Part shown: positions 9,090-19,482 of the stretch, piece by piece
How positions within the stretch are numbered: the first letter of the stretch is position 1
How the letters are laid out: each line of letters opens with the position of its first letter
Origin: Candidatus Sumerlaeaceae bacterium
Lineage (GTDB): Bacteria > Sumerlaeota > Sumerlaeia > Sumerlaeales > Sumerlaeaceae
Length of the DNA stretch: 64,000 bases
Assembly (NCBI GenBank): GCA_049968255.1
Contig: JBMFRB010000001.1
Location: 64,001-128,000 of the forward strand
Direction of reading: 5' to 3'
Program-made: the position numbers and the translations under genes
The notes under the pieces: model-generated
What the model saw: the letters and a program-made list of their open reading frames with translations, nothing else
What the model was told of the DNA's origin: nothing
The model's database searches: none

Positions 9090-11368
9090 ATGGTGAAGAT
9101 AACCATGAAGCTCCTCCCTACGATGGCTCGTTCAAATTTTCGCAAAAGAGAGCATACCGTGCCGCGTTTATGGCGGGTGATTGTCGTCATGTTTGCCTGG
9201 CTTGCTGGTCTGTGGAGCCAAGCGGCCGGTCCCCCACCAGCAAGCCAAGTTATGCCCGAATTCGGTGCCTCCAAAGAAGAGGTTCGGCAAAGACTAGCAA
9301 AGAAGGCTGCGACGCGGGGATTGGACCGCGTTGACGGCGAGACAAAATTGGAAGATCGCGGTGAATTTTATCGGTCGGGGCACACCACCATACCGTTGTG
9401 GCGCCTGCCTAGCCAGTTTGCTGTGAAATACCGCGAAGGCGTTGATCCGGCAGTTGCGAATAAGCAAATTCGCGACGCTGCTGCAGCGGCGGTGCAGGAA
9501 CTCGCAAGCTGTAAACCCAAACGCCTAGGAATTTTTTCGACTTCGGCGGAAGATACAACTGCGGTTATTGGCCAAGTGAAGCGCAGCAGCGTGGTGGAAA
9601 AAGTGTTTCCGGTCTACGTCTACCCAGTGGACCACGCCCGGATGGTCGCAACTGACGACATCATCCTTTGTGTCGAAACCGAGGGGGCACGGAACGCTTT
9701 GATGCCAACGCTGGCGAGCATGGGCATCGCGCTCGTCTCGCAGCTACCGCAAAAGCACATAAACGTGTACCTTGTTCGGCTTACTGCTCAGGCCAAAGAC
9801 GATGCTTTGGGCGCCTGTGAGAAACTCAACCAGTTGCCGGGAGTGAAGTGGGCTGAACCGGATTTTGTGCGGGAACTCTTTTTTGATTTTTCCCCCAATG
9901 ACCCCTTGTTCTCGAAGCAGCAGGGGTTGCATAACACGGGGGCAAATGGAGCCGTTGCCGATGCGGACGTGGATGCTCCCGAGGGGTGGGACATAACGGT
10001 TGGTTCGCCGAGTGTCGTGATTGCGATTATAGATGATGGCGTGGATACGTCACACACAGACCTGCTCATCGCCCCTGGTGGCTACGATTTCTATAACAAC
10101 GACAGCGATCCCTCCCCTACTGGCACCGACGGCCATGGGACAGGTTGTGCTGGCGTGGCTGCAGCCATTGTCAATAATGGCTACCACACGGCGGGAATCG
10201 CAGGGGGATGCAAGATTCTCCCCGTTAAAATTTCACAAGGCAGCTCTTTTGCTTCGAACACTGTAATTGGCAACGCGATTAGCTATGCGGCAGACCACGC
10301 CGACGTGCTCTCGAATAGCTGGGGTGGAGGCGCCTCGAGCAGCTACATCAACAGTGCCATAGACTATGCCGTGACCTATGGGCGTGGGGGCAAGGGATGT
10401 CCGGTGTTCTTTGCCAGTGGGAATTCGGCAAGCGGTTGGTACCAAGGCGGAGGTCGTTATCGCCTGAGCACGACAGGGCTGAACGGCAACTATTATATAG
10501 CGTTTGACTACACTAAAGATGTGAGCTTAGCATTCGGATTAGACACAGTGTATGTAGACAATGTCTGCCTATTGAACGCTGATACATACTCACATATCTG
10601 GCGTGAAGACTTTGAGGGGCCAATATTCCCGCCCACTGGCTGGACTCTGGCTAGCAGCACGGGCTCAAACTTTTGGTTCCGCACGACAACAAACGCCTAC
10701 ACTGCAACCGCAGGCTCCTATTCGGCACGGGCAGGAGCTATTGGCAACAACCAGTGGACTGACCTCAGGACTCCGTTGCTGAATCTGACTGGCAGCGAAA
10801 CACTGTGCTTCGCTGCCTATGTTTCAACCCAAGCGAACAAAGACCTGTTTTACGTGGACATTTACACGCAGACGGGAACCTACGTGGGCTCGTGGGGGCC
10901 GTTTAGTGGAGTGCCTACGATTACGACAAGCGTGGCTTATCCGGCGAATTATGTAAACACGATTGCGGTGGGGGCTTCTAGTGATTGCGACCGCCGATCG
11001 GATTACAGTGAATACGGGCCGGAACTTGATTTTGTCGCTCCAAGCAATGGGGGATGGAACGATATCGTTACGCTTGATCCGACTGGCAGCGTGGGCTGGA
11101 CGTCCGATGATTACAAAACGAATTTCGGTGGCACTTCCTCCGCCTGTCCACTCGCGGCCGGGATTGCAGCCTTGCGCCTTAGTTACAATCCGAGCGAAAC
11201 CGCTGCGTCGTTGCGCTCATGGATGCACGCCCATTGCGACAAAATTGGAGGTCTCCCTTATAGTGGGGGCGAACCGGGCGCCGGCGGGAGAAATGACCAG
11301 TACGGCTACGGGCGTGTAACGCATTCATGATGGTTCCCGTCGGCTTGAGCAGTTGGTCATCGGAATAG
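9090..11368 (+). CDS. Secreted S8 subtilase with inserted beta-sandwich; apparent 1-nt frameshift near 11318
   Basis: Signal-like hydrophobic stretch; triad IIDDG / HGTGCAG / GGTSSACP, oxyanion ASGN; ORF stops at 11330 but the -1 frame continues NAFMMVPVGLSSWSSE-stop to 11368; true start may be 9105 or 9123. Confidence 0.88.
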
Positions 11369-11745
11369 CTCTTGCCACATTTTCGATTGCCAAGCCCTCC
11401 GGCTCGTAGCGCGACAGCCCTTGCCTTCACAATTGCGCTTGAACCTCGTAGGCTGAGACCGCATTTCATGACGCAGGCGGGAGGGGGGCGAACTTTTGCG
11501 CGGAAAAAGAAGTTGCGCCCAGCATTCCCGCGCAGAGATGACGGCTGTCAACACTCTGTGCGGAAGATCGAACCAGTCGACAGGCTTTCCCGCATGCCAA
11601 ACGGCAGATCCATGGAGTCGATAGCGTGAGAGAGGACGAGATCTTTTCCCACATGTCCAGCCCAGGAACTGTCAGGCCCAAAGCTCCTACGGACGACCTC
11701 TTTTTCCAGAAACTCCAATGCTCTCATAAGCTTGAGCTCGCGGCC

Positions 11746-12798
11746 CTACTCAGAGAGTGCGTCGGCGGCAGAGGGAAGCATGTCGGGATTGATGCGTTCT
11801 TTGATCGCGCGTTCCAAGCGTTCGGCGACGTCGGGATGTTCCTTCAAGAACTGCTTGGCATTTTCGCGACCTTGGCCAATGCGTTCGCCCTCGAAGGAGA
11901 ACCAAGCGCCGCTTTTCTCGATAAGTTTTGCGCTCACGCCAAGATCGAGCAGATCGCCCTCGCGCGAGATACCTTCTCCGAACATGATATCGAACTCGGC
12001 CTCTTTAAAGGGCGGCGCGAGCTTGTTCTTAACGACCTTTGCGCGGCATCGATTGCCCACGTTCTCCGTGCCTTCTTTGATCGCGCCAATGCGGCGGATA
12101 TCGATGCGGATAGATGCATAAAATTTCAATGCACGCCCACCGGTGGTCGTCTCAGGATTACCAAACATCACTCCGATTTTTTCGCGGATCTGGTTGATGA
12201 AAATGACGCAAGTCTTGCTCTTGTTGATAGCCGCCGTGAGTTTGCGGAGTGCCTGCGACATGAGGCGAGCCTGCAAGCCAACAAAGCTGTCGCCCATTTC
12301 GCCTTCGATTTCGGCCTTAGGAACAAGCGCGGCGACCGAGTCGATCACGATGACGTCAATGGCGTTGGAGCGGACAAGAGTTTCCACGATGTCGAGCGCC
12401 TGCTCACCAGTGTCCGGCTGGGAAATGAGCAACTCGTCCACATTGACGCCAAGTTTGCGGCAATACACCGGATCCATAGCGTGTTCCGCGTCAATGTATG
12501 CCGCTACCCCGCCCATTTTTTGGGCGTTTGCCACGACGTGAAGAGCGAGTGTCGTTTTACCCGAGCTTTCTGGCCCAAAGATTTCCACAATGCGGCCCCG
12601 CGGAACGCCCCAGATGCCAAGAGCGCAGTCGAGGCTAATCGAGCCCGTGGGAATAACTTGAATGCCTTGCTCGACACTGTGCTCGCCCATGCGCATGATG
12701 GCGCCTTTGCCGTAGCTGCGCTCGATTTGCGAAAGCGCCATCTCTAGGGCTTTTACGCGCGACTGATCCGTCTTTTCCGGTGCATCATTACGGGCCAT
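11746..12798 (-). CDS. recA: Recombinase RecA
   Basis: [44 protein letters not shown]. Confidence 0.99.
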   Translation of the reverse strand: MARNDAPEKTDQSRVKALEMALSQIERSYGKGAIMRMGEHSVEQGIQVIPTGSISLDCALGIWGVPRGRIVEIFGPESSGKTTLALHVVANAQKMGGVAAYIDAEHAMDPVYCRKLGVNVDELLISQPDTGEQALDIVETLVRSNAIDVIVIDSVAALVPKAEIEGEMGDSFVGLQARLMSQALRKLTAAINKSKTCVIFINQIREKIGVMFGNPETTTGGRALKFYASIRIDIRRIGAIKEGTENVGNRCRAKVVKNKLAPPFKEAEFDIMFGEGISREGDLLDLGVSAKLIEKSGAWFSFEGERIGQGRENAKQFLKEHPDVAERLERAIKERINPDMLPSAADALSE

Positions 12799-12874
12799 TG
12801 TTTGCTTTCCTTGTCGTGAAAGAATACTTCCTCAGTTGATTTTGCAGCTTGAGCAAAGACAACGGAAAAATCGT

Positions 12875-12889
12875 TGGCATCGTATGCCA
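12875..12889. promoter_or_regulatory. Perfect inverted repeat TGGCAT-CGT-ATGCCA in the divergent recA/epimerase intergenic region (candidate operator)
   Basis: Read directly; lies just downstream of a minus-strand TTGACT (-35-like) element pointing at recA. Confidence 0.3.
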
Positions 12890-12932
12890 GTGTAGTCAAT
12901 CTCGTAAGATTCTACGATGAGAAGGGAATGAA

Positions 12933-13400
12933 ATGCTGCAACAATTGATCGAAGGCGTCAGGTTGAAGCCGTTGAAAATCCATGCCGACGAGCGTGGGCG
13001 CGTGATGGAAATGCTGCGCATGGACGATGAGATTTTTTTGAAATTCGGGCAGGTGTACATGACGACAGCCTACCCGGGTGTGGTGAAGGCATGGCATTAC
13101 CATAAGCTGCAGACCGATCATTTCGTGTGTGTGCATGGCATGATGAAGGTGGTTCTTTACGATGGACGGGAGGCGTCAGCGACGAAAGGCCTGATCAATG
13201 AGTTCTTTATTGGCGACTACAATCCTATGTTGATTCAGATCCCACCCGGCGTCTACCATGGGTTCAAATGCATCAGTGAACACGAAGCGATCGTGATCAA
13301 TACGGTGACGGAGCCTTACAACCATGCGAACCCGGATGAATATCGCGTGGCGCCTCACGGCGGAGAGATTCCTTACGACTGGTCAAGGAAAGACGGGTAA
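12933..13400 (+). CDS. dTDP-4-dehydrorhamnose 3,5-epimerase family cupin
   Basis: DERG, GVVKAWHYH, IPPGVYHGF. Confidence 0.88.
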   Translation: MLQQLIEGVRLKPLKIHADERGRVMEMLRMDDEIFLKFGQVYMTTAYPGVVKAWHYHKLQTDHFVCVHGMMKVVLYDGREASATKGLINEFFIGDYNPMLIQIPPGVYHGFKCISEHEAIVINTVTEPYNHANPDEYRVAPHGGEIPYDWSRKDG

Positions 13401-13421
13401 GCCAGACAGGTGTGAAGAACC

Positions 13422-14531
13422 ATGAACAAAACCATCGAAGAGATCCGCAGCGAGATAGACGCTCTTGACCGCACGCTGGTGGGATTGTTGGACCGGCGGG
13501 CGCAACTCGCGCGAGAAATCGGCAAGGCGAAGCTTCAGCACGGTCAGCAAAAGTTCTTCGATCCGGCACGTCAGAAACGGGTGCTCGAAAATGTCCTGGC
13601 CGCCAGCAAAAATGATTTTCCCCAAGACGCACTGCGCAAAGTCTTTGTCGAGATCATGTCAGGATGCCTAGCGGCGGAAAAGCCTCCGATGGTGGCTTAC
13701 CTTGGACCCGAAGCAACTTATTCGCATCTGGCCGCGCTCACGGAGTTTGGCAACTCGGTGGCTTATCAGTCGTATGCTTCGGTCGAGGACATCTTCTTCG
13801 CTGTGGATCGCGATTGGGTGGATTACGGCGTGGTGCCCATCGAGAACTCCACGGGGGGCGTTATTCACACGACGCTGGACCTCTTCCTAGATTACGAACT
13901 GCTGATCTGCTCGGAGATTTACCTTCACATCCACCACAACCTCATCTCGCGCAATCCGCTCGAGCGCATAAAGACGATCTATTCGAAGGCAGAGCCTTTC
14001 CAGCAATGCTCGGTGTGGTTGAAGGAGAATCTGCCAGGGGTGCAGCTCATCGAGGTCGGTTCCACGGTCAAAGGCGTGGAGATGGCGAAAGACCGCGATT
14101 ACGCGGCAGCCATTGGGAGCGAAATCGCCGCCCGAAAGTACAACGTGCCGATTGTTGCAGCAAATATCGAGGATATGAAGGATAACATGACGCGCTTTCT
14201 GGTGATTGGGAAACAGGAAGCAGCTCCGACGGGACGCGACAAAACGAGTGTGATGTTCTCGATCAAAGACCGCCCCGGGGCCCTGTTTGACCTTCTGTAT
14301 CCGTTCAAAAAGCGCAACATTAACCTCTCGACTATAGAAAGCCGCCCATCGCGCAAGAAGGCGTGGGATTACTTCTTCTTTGTGGACCTGGAAGGGCATG
14401 TACAGGATGAGCCTGTTTACGAAGCCTTGCAGGAACTCAAAAGTCTCGCCACGTATTTGCGTGTGATGGGCAGCTATCCACGCGACGTGAAAATACGCGA
14501 TCTTAAAGAAATCGAACAGACTGTGATCTGA
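13422..14531 (+). CDS. pheA: Chorismate mutase / prephenate dehydratase (P-protein)
   Basis: N-terminal AroQ (RSEIDALD), VPIENS, NMTRF, ACT domain IESRP. Confidence 0.95.
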   Translation: MNKTIEEIRSEIDALDRTLVGLLDRRAQLAREIGKAKLQHGQQKFFDPARQKRVLENVLAASKNDFPQDALRKVFVEIMSGCLAAEKPPMVAYLGPEATYSHLAALTEFGNSVAYQSYASVEDIFFAVDRDWVDYGVVPIENSTGGVIHTTLDLFLDYELLICSEIYLHIHHNLISRNPLERIKTIYSKAEPFQQCSVWLKENLPGVQLIEVGSTVKGVEMAKDRDYAAAIGSEIAARKYNVPIVAANIEDMKDNMTRFLVIGKQEAAPTGRDKTSVMFSIKDRPGALFDLLYPFKKRNINLSTIESRPSRKKAWDYFFFVDLEGHVQDEPVYEALQELKSLATYLRVMGSYPRDVKIRDLKEIEQTVI

Positions 14532-14584
14532 CGAGCAGCCCAATTTCCGGGCCTAGGCCTGAAAAAAGCGGTGCAACAGTCAAG

Positions 14585-15259
14585 ATGCGTTATGAGCAGA
14601 AAGTGTGGGCACCACTGTGGCTTGAGCTTAGTGGTCTGCCGTTTTTTCTCGCGGAGAAGGCGAGAACTCCGGTGGCCTGGAGCATTTTCAAAAAAATCGT
14701 CGAGCTCGATTGTGCACTCAATCCTGTGCCTGGTATTGTTCAGATCTCGCTCGACGATCTGGCAAAACGGTGTGGCGCAAAAGCTGACATCGTTCGCAGA
14801 ACTATGAAAGCTCTTCAGAAGCTCGGAATTCTGGCGTGTTTTCTTCCTGAGACAGACGAAGAAGAAGCTTTTTTCCAGGTGAAAACTCCCCTGCACACTC
14901 CTCTGTCGCCAGACGAGGTGCGGGGGCATCATCCTGAGCTTTTCGCCGCGGAAGGTCACTATTTCCGATATGCGCAGGCGACAGAAGGAAGCGAGTACGA
15001 CGATTCTGAGGATGTCCTGCTCAAGGAGGTCGTGGATCTCTACCTTAACGCGATCGGCTTGAAGTTGAATGCCTTCGTGCTAGACGAACTTCGGTTGATT
15101 CGGCAACGCTTTCCCATAGACTTGATTCGACAAACCTTTCGGCGCGCAGCGAAGAACGACATTCACTCGCTGGGATGGGTCATGAAGGAACTGATTCGGC
15201 AAAAGAGGAAGCTGGATGAAGAAAAGGGAGAAGACGCAGAAAGTTTGCCCGAAATGTGA
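14585..15259 (+). CDS. DnaD-like replication protein (winged helix + DnaD/DnaB_2 domain)
   Basis: HTH ISLDDLAKRCG...VRRTMKAL; C-terminal YLNAIG-L...DLIRQTFRRAAKNDIHSLGWVMKEL. Confidence 0.65.
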   Translation: MRYEQKVWAPLWLELSGLPFFLAEKARTPVAWSIFKKIVELDCALNPVPGIVQISLDDLAKRCGAKADIVRRTMKALQKLGILACFLPETDEEEAFFQVKTPLHTPLSPDEVRGHHPELFAAEGHYFRYAQATEGSEYDDSEDVLLKEVVDLYLNAIGLKLNAFVLDELRLIRQRFPIDLIRQTFRRAAKNDIHSLGWVMKELIRQKRKLDEEKGEDAESLPEM

Positions 15260-15911
15260 GGGATGGGGCTATATCCTCACAGACAACGGCGCCATTCCGT
15301 GCGAATGCCAGGATGAGGCTCGTTTGGAGCAAGCTTATCGGGCTGCCCAGATTCCTCCGCGTTTCCTCACGAAAACTCTCGATAGTTTTCGCCCGATGGA
15401 CCCTCGACATAAGGAAATTGTCGAGTTCGCAAAGAATTTCGTGCGGACATTCCGCGTGAACGCACCAAATCAGCCGACGAAAGGACTCTTGCTTTACGGC
15501 AAGGAAGGAACTGGCAAGACACATATCGCCATAGCCATTCTCAAGCAGGTCATTGCCAAGGGTCATCGCGGGCTTTACTGGAACGTACCGGAGCTCTTTC
15601 TAGAATTACGGCGAACGATGAATGCGCCGACCGAACTCGACGAAGCTGCCATCATCGACGAGGCTGTGGAAACAGAGCTGCTTGTGCTCGACGATCTGGG
15701 AGCGGAAAAAGTCAGCGACTACGTGATGGACCGCCTATACGTGCTCATCAACGGACGCTACGAGAATGATCTTCCCACCATCATCACGACGAATCGTTCG
15801 CTCGAGGAGCTTCGCGCTCAAATTGGGCCAAGGATTGTGTCGCGCCTCTCGGAGATGTGTCTGCGCATTGAGTTCCCAGTCGGCGATTACCGTTTGCGCA
15901 ATTTGCAATGA
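15216..15911 (+). CDS. DnaC/DnaI/IstB-like AAA+ ATPase (helicase-loader type)
   Basis: CPKC-GWG...CEC zinc motif, Walker A GKEGTGKT, Walker B LLVLDDLG, TIITTN, RIVSRL; overlaps upstream gene by 44 nt. Confidence 0.9.
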   Translation: MKKREKTQKVCPKCEGWGYILTDNGAIPCECQDEARLEQAYRAAQIPPRFLTKTLDSFRPMDPRHKEIVEFAKNFVRTFRVNAPNQPTKGLLLYGKEGTGKTHIAIAILKQVIAKGHRGLYWNVPELFLELRRTMNAPTELDEAAIIDEAVETELLVLDDLGAEKVSDYVMDRLYVLINGRYENDLPTIITTNRSLEELRAQIGPRIVSRLSEMCLRIEFPVGDYRLRNLQ

Positions 15912-16045
15912 GCTGCTGTGTTCAATTTGGTGACGGTGACGTCCATGTTTAGGAAGTCGGGCCAAATGGCGCGCCCGTGCAACTCTGATTTAGGTAAGTG
16001 ATACAACATCAAGCTTTAGCAAAACGGACTTGTAATTCGTGAACG

Positions 16046-16066
16046 TCCTCTTCATGATGAAGAGGA
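16046..16066. promoter_or_regulatory. 10-bp perfect inverted repeat TCCTCTTCAT-G-ATGAAGAGGA
   Basis: Read directly; about 25 nt upstream of a sigma54-like element. Confidence 0.4.
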
Positions 16067-16089
16067 ATCGCGCCGTGCGATTGGTGGGA

Positions 16090-16105
16090 CGGCATAAGCT
16101 TTGCT
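16090..16105 (+). promoter_or_regulatory. Putative sigma54 (-24/-12) promoter
   Basis: CGGCATAAGCTTTGCT: GG-N10-GC spacing, close to TGGCACG-N4-TTGCW; 67 nt before ATG 16172. Confidence 0.55.
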
Positions 16106-16171
16106 CACCCCAGGGGTGCGGCGTTGTAGTTGTTACACCGTTCCCAATCTAAACAAGAAGGGAGCTAGAAT

Positions 16172-17053
16172 ATGAAGTTCAGTTCAAAGTTCTTCCTCAC
16201 AATTTTTGCCAGCATGTTAGTTAGTCTTGTCGGGGCGCAAGAAACCTCGCCAGCCGAAAAGGCGACGTCGAAAACGGACGAAGTGAAAAAACCGCCTGAG
16301 CTGACGATAGTTGGAGGTCGGTTTGTCCGGGACGATTTCACCACGATCGGCGGTGGCGTGGTTTATTTCATTTTCCAGGAACGCTTGAAAGAACTCCCGC
16401 ATGAGAACACGATGGAAAAGGTACGGGCGATGGCTGAAACTGCGGCTGAGGTCGATGCAGAAGGCAATTTCTACCTTGAAATGAAGCCAGGCAATTTTGC
16501 GCTGGTGTACGACCCGAACGCCCAGTTTAAGCCGGAAATGGCCGACCCAGGCCCAGAGAGTATGGAGAAGCTGCGCAAACGTACGCCGGAACAGGTGAAG
16601 GCTTTGATTGATGTTATTCGCGAGAACGCGGCGAAAGGTTTGCCGATCGAGAATGGCCGGATTGGGACGGCTTACGTGGTGGAAAACCGTTTCGTACGGC
16701 CGCCGGCTGTAGACTTCGGTGAAATGCCGCTCGGGGTGGACCAGTCTGCCACAATTATCGCGGTCAAAGAGAATGGCGAAATCGTGGATTTCCCCGTCAT
16801 GCTTAAGCTGCGGGGAAAGAATGGCGATATTTATGAGCCGCACACGCCAACACTCAATTCGCCCGGACGTTTCGTGTTCTGCGATCTGGAGCCACAACGC
16901 TACGACGTATTTGCTATTGGCGTAAGGATGGCGCCCAAAGAAGACGCACCGGTCACTACTCCTACCCTGGAAAACACTGCGTTCGAGTTTGAAGGTGTGC
17001 CGATTGAACACAAGGTTACGGTCAAGCTCCCTGCGGGTAAAAACGAAGAATAA
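16172..17053 (+). CDS. Secreted hypothetical protein (beta-rich, carboxypeptidase-regulatory-like domains possible)
   Basis: Sec signal MKFSSKFFLTIFASMLVSLVGA; SD GGGAG; VDAEGNFYLEMKPGNF and GRFVFCDLEPQRY patterns. Confidence 0.75.
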   Translation: MKFSSKFFLTIFASMLVSLVGAQETSPAEKATSKTDEVKKPPELTIVGGRFVRDDFTTIGGGVVYFIFQERLKELPHENTMEKVRAMAETAAEVDAEGNFYLEMKPGNFALVYDPNAQFKPEMADPGPESMEKLRKRTPEQVKALIDVIRENAAKGLPIENGRIGTAYVVENRFVRPPAVDFGEMPLGVDQSATIIAVKENGEIVDFPVMLKLRGKNGDIYEPHTPTLNSPGRFVFCDLEPQRYDVFAIGVRMAPKEDAPVTTPTLENTAFEFEGVPIEHKVTVKLPAGKNEE

Positions 17054-17194
17054 CCCGTCCTCGCGCATGGGGTGAATGGCCGCATCGTTGCTGCAAGGCA
17101 ATGGTGCGGCCTAGTTATTGAGTGATACAGCAAATGTGGCGAGTAGAGGCACGGCGCCAATGGAAGCATCGTGCGGCGAGCCGGAGAAGGAAGC

Positions 17195-18289
17195 ATGAGC
17201 CAATGGCAACTGATTCGGGCGAAAAGCTATGTCGTGGCGATTGCAGCGTGGTTCGTCACGTGGGCTACCAGCACATTCGCTGTGGAACAGCTCTTGCCTA
17301 AGCCCGAGCGTTCTCCCGACGGAAAACTTGGCGCAAACGTAGAGTGGGAGACTCTTGGGCAGGTAGGAGTCCTCCGCATAAAGATTTTCGATGCTAACGA
17401 CCGCGTCGTGGGAAGTATCGAAGTTCCTCAGGTGCGCCCAGATCCAGCAGACCTGACGTGGCTTGATCAGCGATGGGTCATGTGCGAGTCGTTTCTGGGC
17501 GAACGCGCAAGCGGATTTTATTACGTTGATGCGCTGTCGATGCGTGGATATTTGCTAGAAATTTACGCGTTGCAGGGCAAGCCGAACTGGGATTTCGATG
17601 TCACCTATGCCGATCGCGAGACGTCTTTCTCAGTTAGTAACGTTTCCATAGGCCGCACCTGTTTGTTTCCAGTTGTCCTCGGAGCGCTTCCTGTCCAAGA
17701 GGACCAATATTTTCGTTTAGAGTTTTGCCAACGGTTCGTGGCAGCAGTTGACGCCTACCGCTTGTGGCTGCGTGAAGAGAAATGGCGAACATTTGACGTC
17801 TTCGGTGAGGCCGCCATTCGCTCAGGAACTGGAGGGTTGGCGCTTTGCTCGCATGATGGTCAACTTGCACTCGTGTATTTCTCACTGCGAGCGGAAGAGC
17901 CTTTGAAAATCCTGAAAGCAGCACGTTTGCTACCACTGCCTGCCGAGCTGGCTGCGAAGCTTGCCAGCGACAAGACAAACGTCGTGGTGGCGTGGGAGGA
18001 AAATGGGCGCTTTACGGTCCGCCGGCGCACTGCTGGAGATCTGCTGACGACTGGGAGTCGCGAAAGCGTTCTTTACTCGGGAACAGTGGAAGGAGCTACG
18101 GACGTCCCCGTTGCATTAGCATTGGATACACACGTGGCTGAAAAACTCACAGATTCCACGCACAAGGATGAGGGAGAGGAGATGGCGGACGCCGCGGAGA
18201 AGAATAAAGGGCTCGAGAACAAAAAAACAAAAAAAGAACGCTTGTCTCCTCTCCGCAGTAAAAAATCGCCATCCCGTAGAGAGCGCTAA
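17195..18289 (+). CDS. Secreted hypothetical protein with basic C-terminal tail
   Basis: Signal-like N-terminus ending TFA; SPDGK motif; Lys/Arg-rich end. Confidence 0.7.
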   Translation: MSQWQLIRAKSYVVAIAAWFVTWATSTFAVEQLLPKPERSPDGKLGANVEWETLGQVGVLRIKIFDANDRVVGSIEVPQVRPDPADLTWLDQRWVMCESFLGERASGFYYVDALSMRGYLLEIYALQGKPNWDFDVTYADRETSFSVSNVSIGRTCLFPVVLGALPVQEDQYFRLEFCQRFVAAVDAYRLWLREEKWRTFDVFGEAAIRSGTGGLALCSHDGQLALVYFSLRAEEPLKILKAARLLPLPAELAAKLASDKTNVVVAWEENGRFTVRRRTAGDLLTTGSRESVLYSGTVEGATDVPVALALDTHVAEKLTDSTHKDEGEEMADAAEKNKGLENKKTKKERLSPLRSKKSPSRRER

Positions 18290-19290
18290 TGCACTTCTTC
18301 GAGATTGTTGTCGCCGCGTTCGGCCACGAGCGACGACACCGTATCAAGGTATGGTGCTAATTCTTCTGATTGATAAAAGCCAAGGCCAGCCTCGCGGTCG
18401 CGCCGAATTTGCAGCACCAATGCTTCCGCGCTAGAAAATCGAATCTCATCGCGCAGACGGACAAGGAAGAAGAGGTAAAGATCCGCTCCTACGATATTGT
18501 CGTCAAAATCCAGGAGATGGGCTTCGATGGAAAGGCGCTCACTGCCAAATGTTGGATTGAATCCGATGTTGACGAGGGCGGGAAGGAGCTTATCGCTGGC
18601 AGGCAAATAGCCAGCGCAAAGATAGACGCCACGAGCCGGCACGGCATAGGCCGGGTTCTGTTCGAGGTTCGCAGTGGGAAAGCCAAGCGTGCGGCCGCGT
18701 CCGTAGCCACGCACTACGATGCCGCGCAATTCGTGCGGGCGCGTGAGGAGCTCGGCGGCAGATGCAACATCTCCCGTGTAAAGAAGGTCACGGATCATCG
18801 TGGAGCGCACGAACATGTTCTTGTGTACGACGGGGGGCACCACTTCGACATCAAAACCAAACCGCTGCCCTAATGCCTGAAGTGTGGCGACGTTGCCTTT
18901 ACCCTCAGCACCGAAACAGAAATCTTCGCCACACACAATCGCTTTTATGCGAGCGCGCCGCACGAGAATTTCTTCGACAAATTGCTCTGGAGTGAGTTGT
19001 GCGAATTCGCGCGTAAACGTGAGACAGACAAGAGCATCAAGGCCAAGCCGCCTAAGGATTTGGCGTTTGCGATCGGGATACAGCAATCGCTTGGGCGCGA
19101 AGGGCGGCGCCAGAACCGTCAGGGGATGTTCGCGAAAGGTCAGAACAGCAGAGCAAAGCCGACGTTGGCGTGCAAGGTCGAGCACGCGCGATATGAGAGC
19201 TTGGTGACCTCGATGTAGCCCGTCAAAAACACCAACAGCCACGACCGATGGCCGAGCAAATTCCCATTTCGGTCTCTCGTAAATCAGCAT
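18286..19290 (-). CDS. ribF: Bifunctional riboflavin kinase / FAD synthetase
   Basis: GVFDGLHRGH, GEDFCFG, GRTLGFPTAN, NIGFNPTF, IEAHLLDF. Confidence 0.96.
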   Translation of the reverse strand: MLIYERPKWEFARPSVVAVGVFDGLHRGHQALISRVLDLARQRRLCSAVLTFREHPLTVLAPPFAPKRLLYPDRKRQILRRLGLDALVCLTFTREFAQLTPEQFVEEILVRRARIKAIVCGEDFCFGAEGKGNVATLQALGQRFGFDVEVVPPVVHKNMFVRSTMIRDLLYTGDVASAAELLTRPHELRGIVVRGYGRGRTLGFPTANLEQNPAYAVPARGVYLCAGYLPASDKLLPALVNIGFNPTFGSERLSIEAHLLDFDDNIVGADLYLFFLVRLRDEIRFSSAEALVLQIRRDREAGLGFYQSEELAPYLDTVSSLVAERGDNNLEEVH

Positions 19291-19482
19291 GAGACCAGCA
19301 ATGGCGCCCTTGGTGCACTGCGGCAAGCGCAAAGCTCTTTATTTCTCGTGAAGTTTTTGCACTGGGAGCATCAGGGAAAAGCACTGAAACCACTATTGTG
19401 TATCGCTTGCAATGGGGTTCTCCCCCTCACATGATTGCACTTCTATCACGATGCTAACAAATATCACTTCTTCGGACGCGTC

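Noticed and set aside
11328-11348. Selenocysteine or readthrough at the subtilase TGA
   Set aside because: In-frame continuation stops again after five codons; the -1 frame explains the sequence better
14585-16170. Prophage or IS21 element around the DnaC/IstB-like ATPase
   Set aside because: No IstA, integrase, structural genes, terminal repeats or iterons seen
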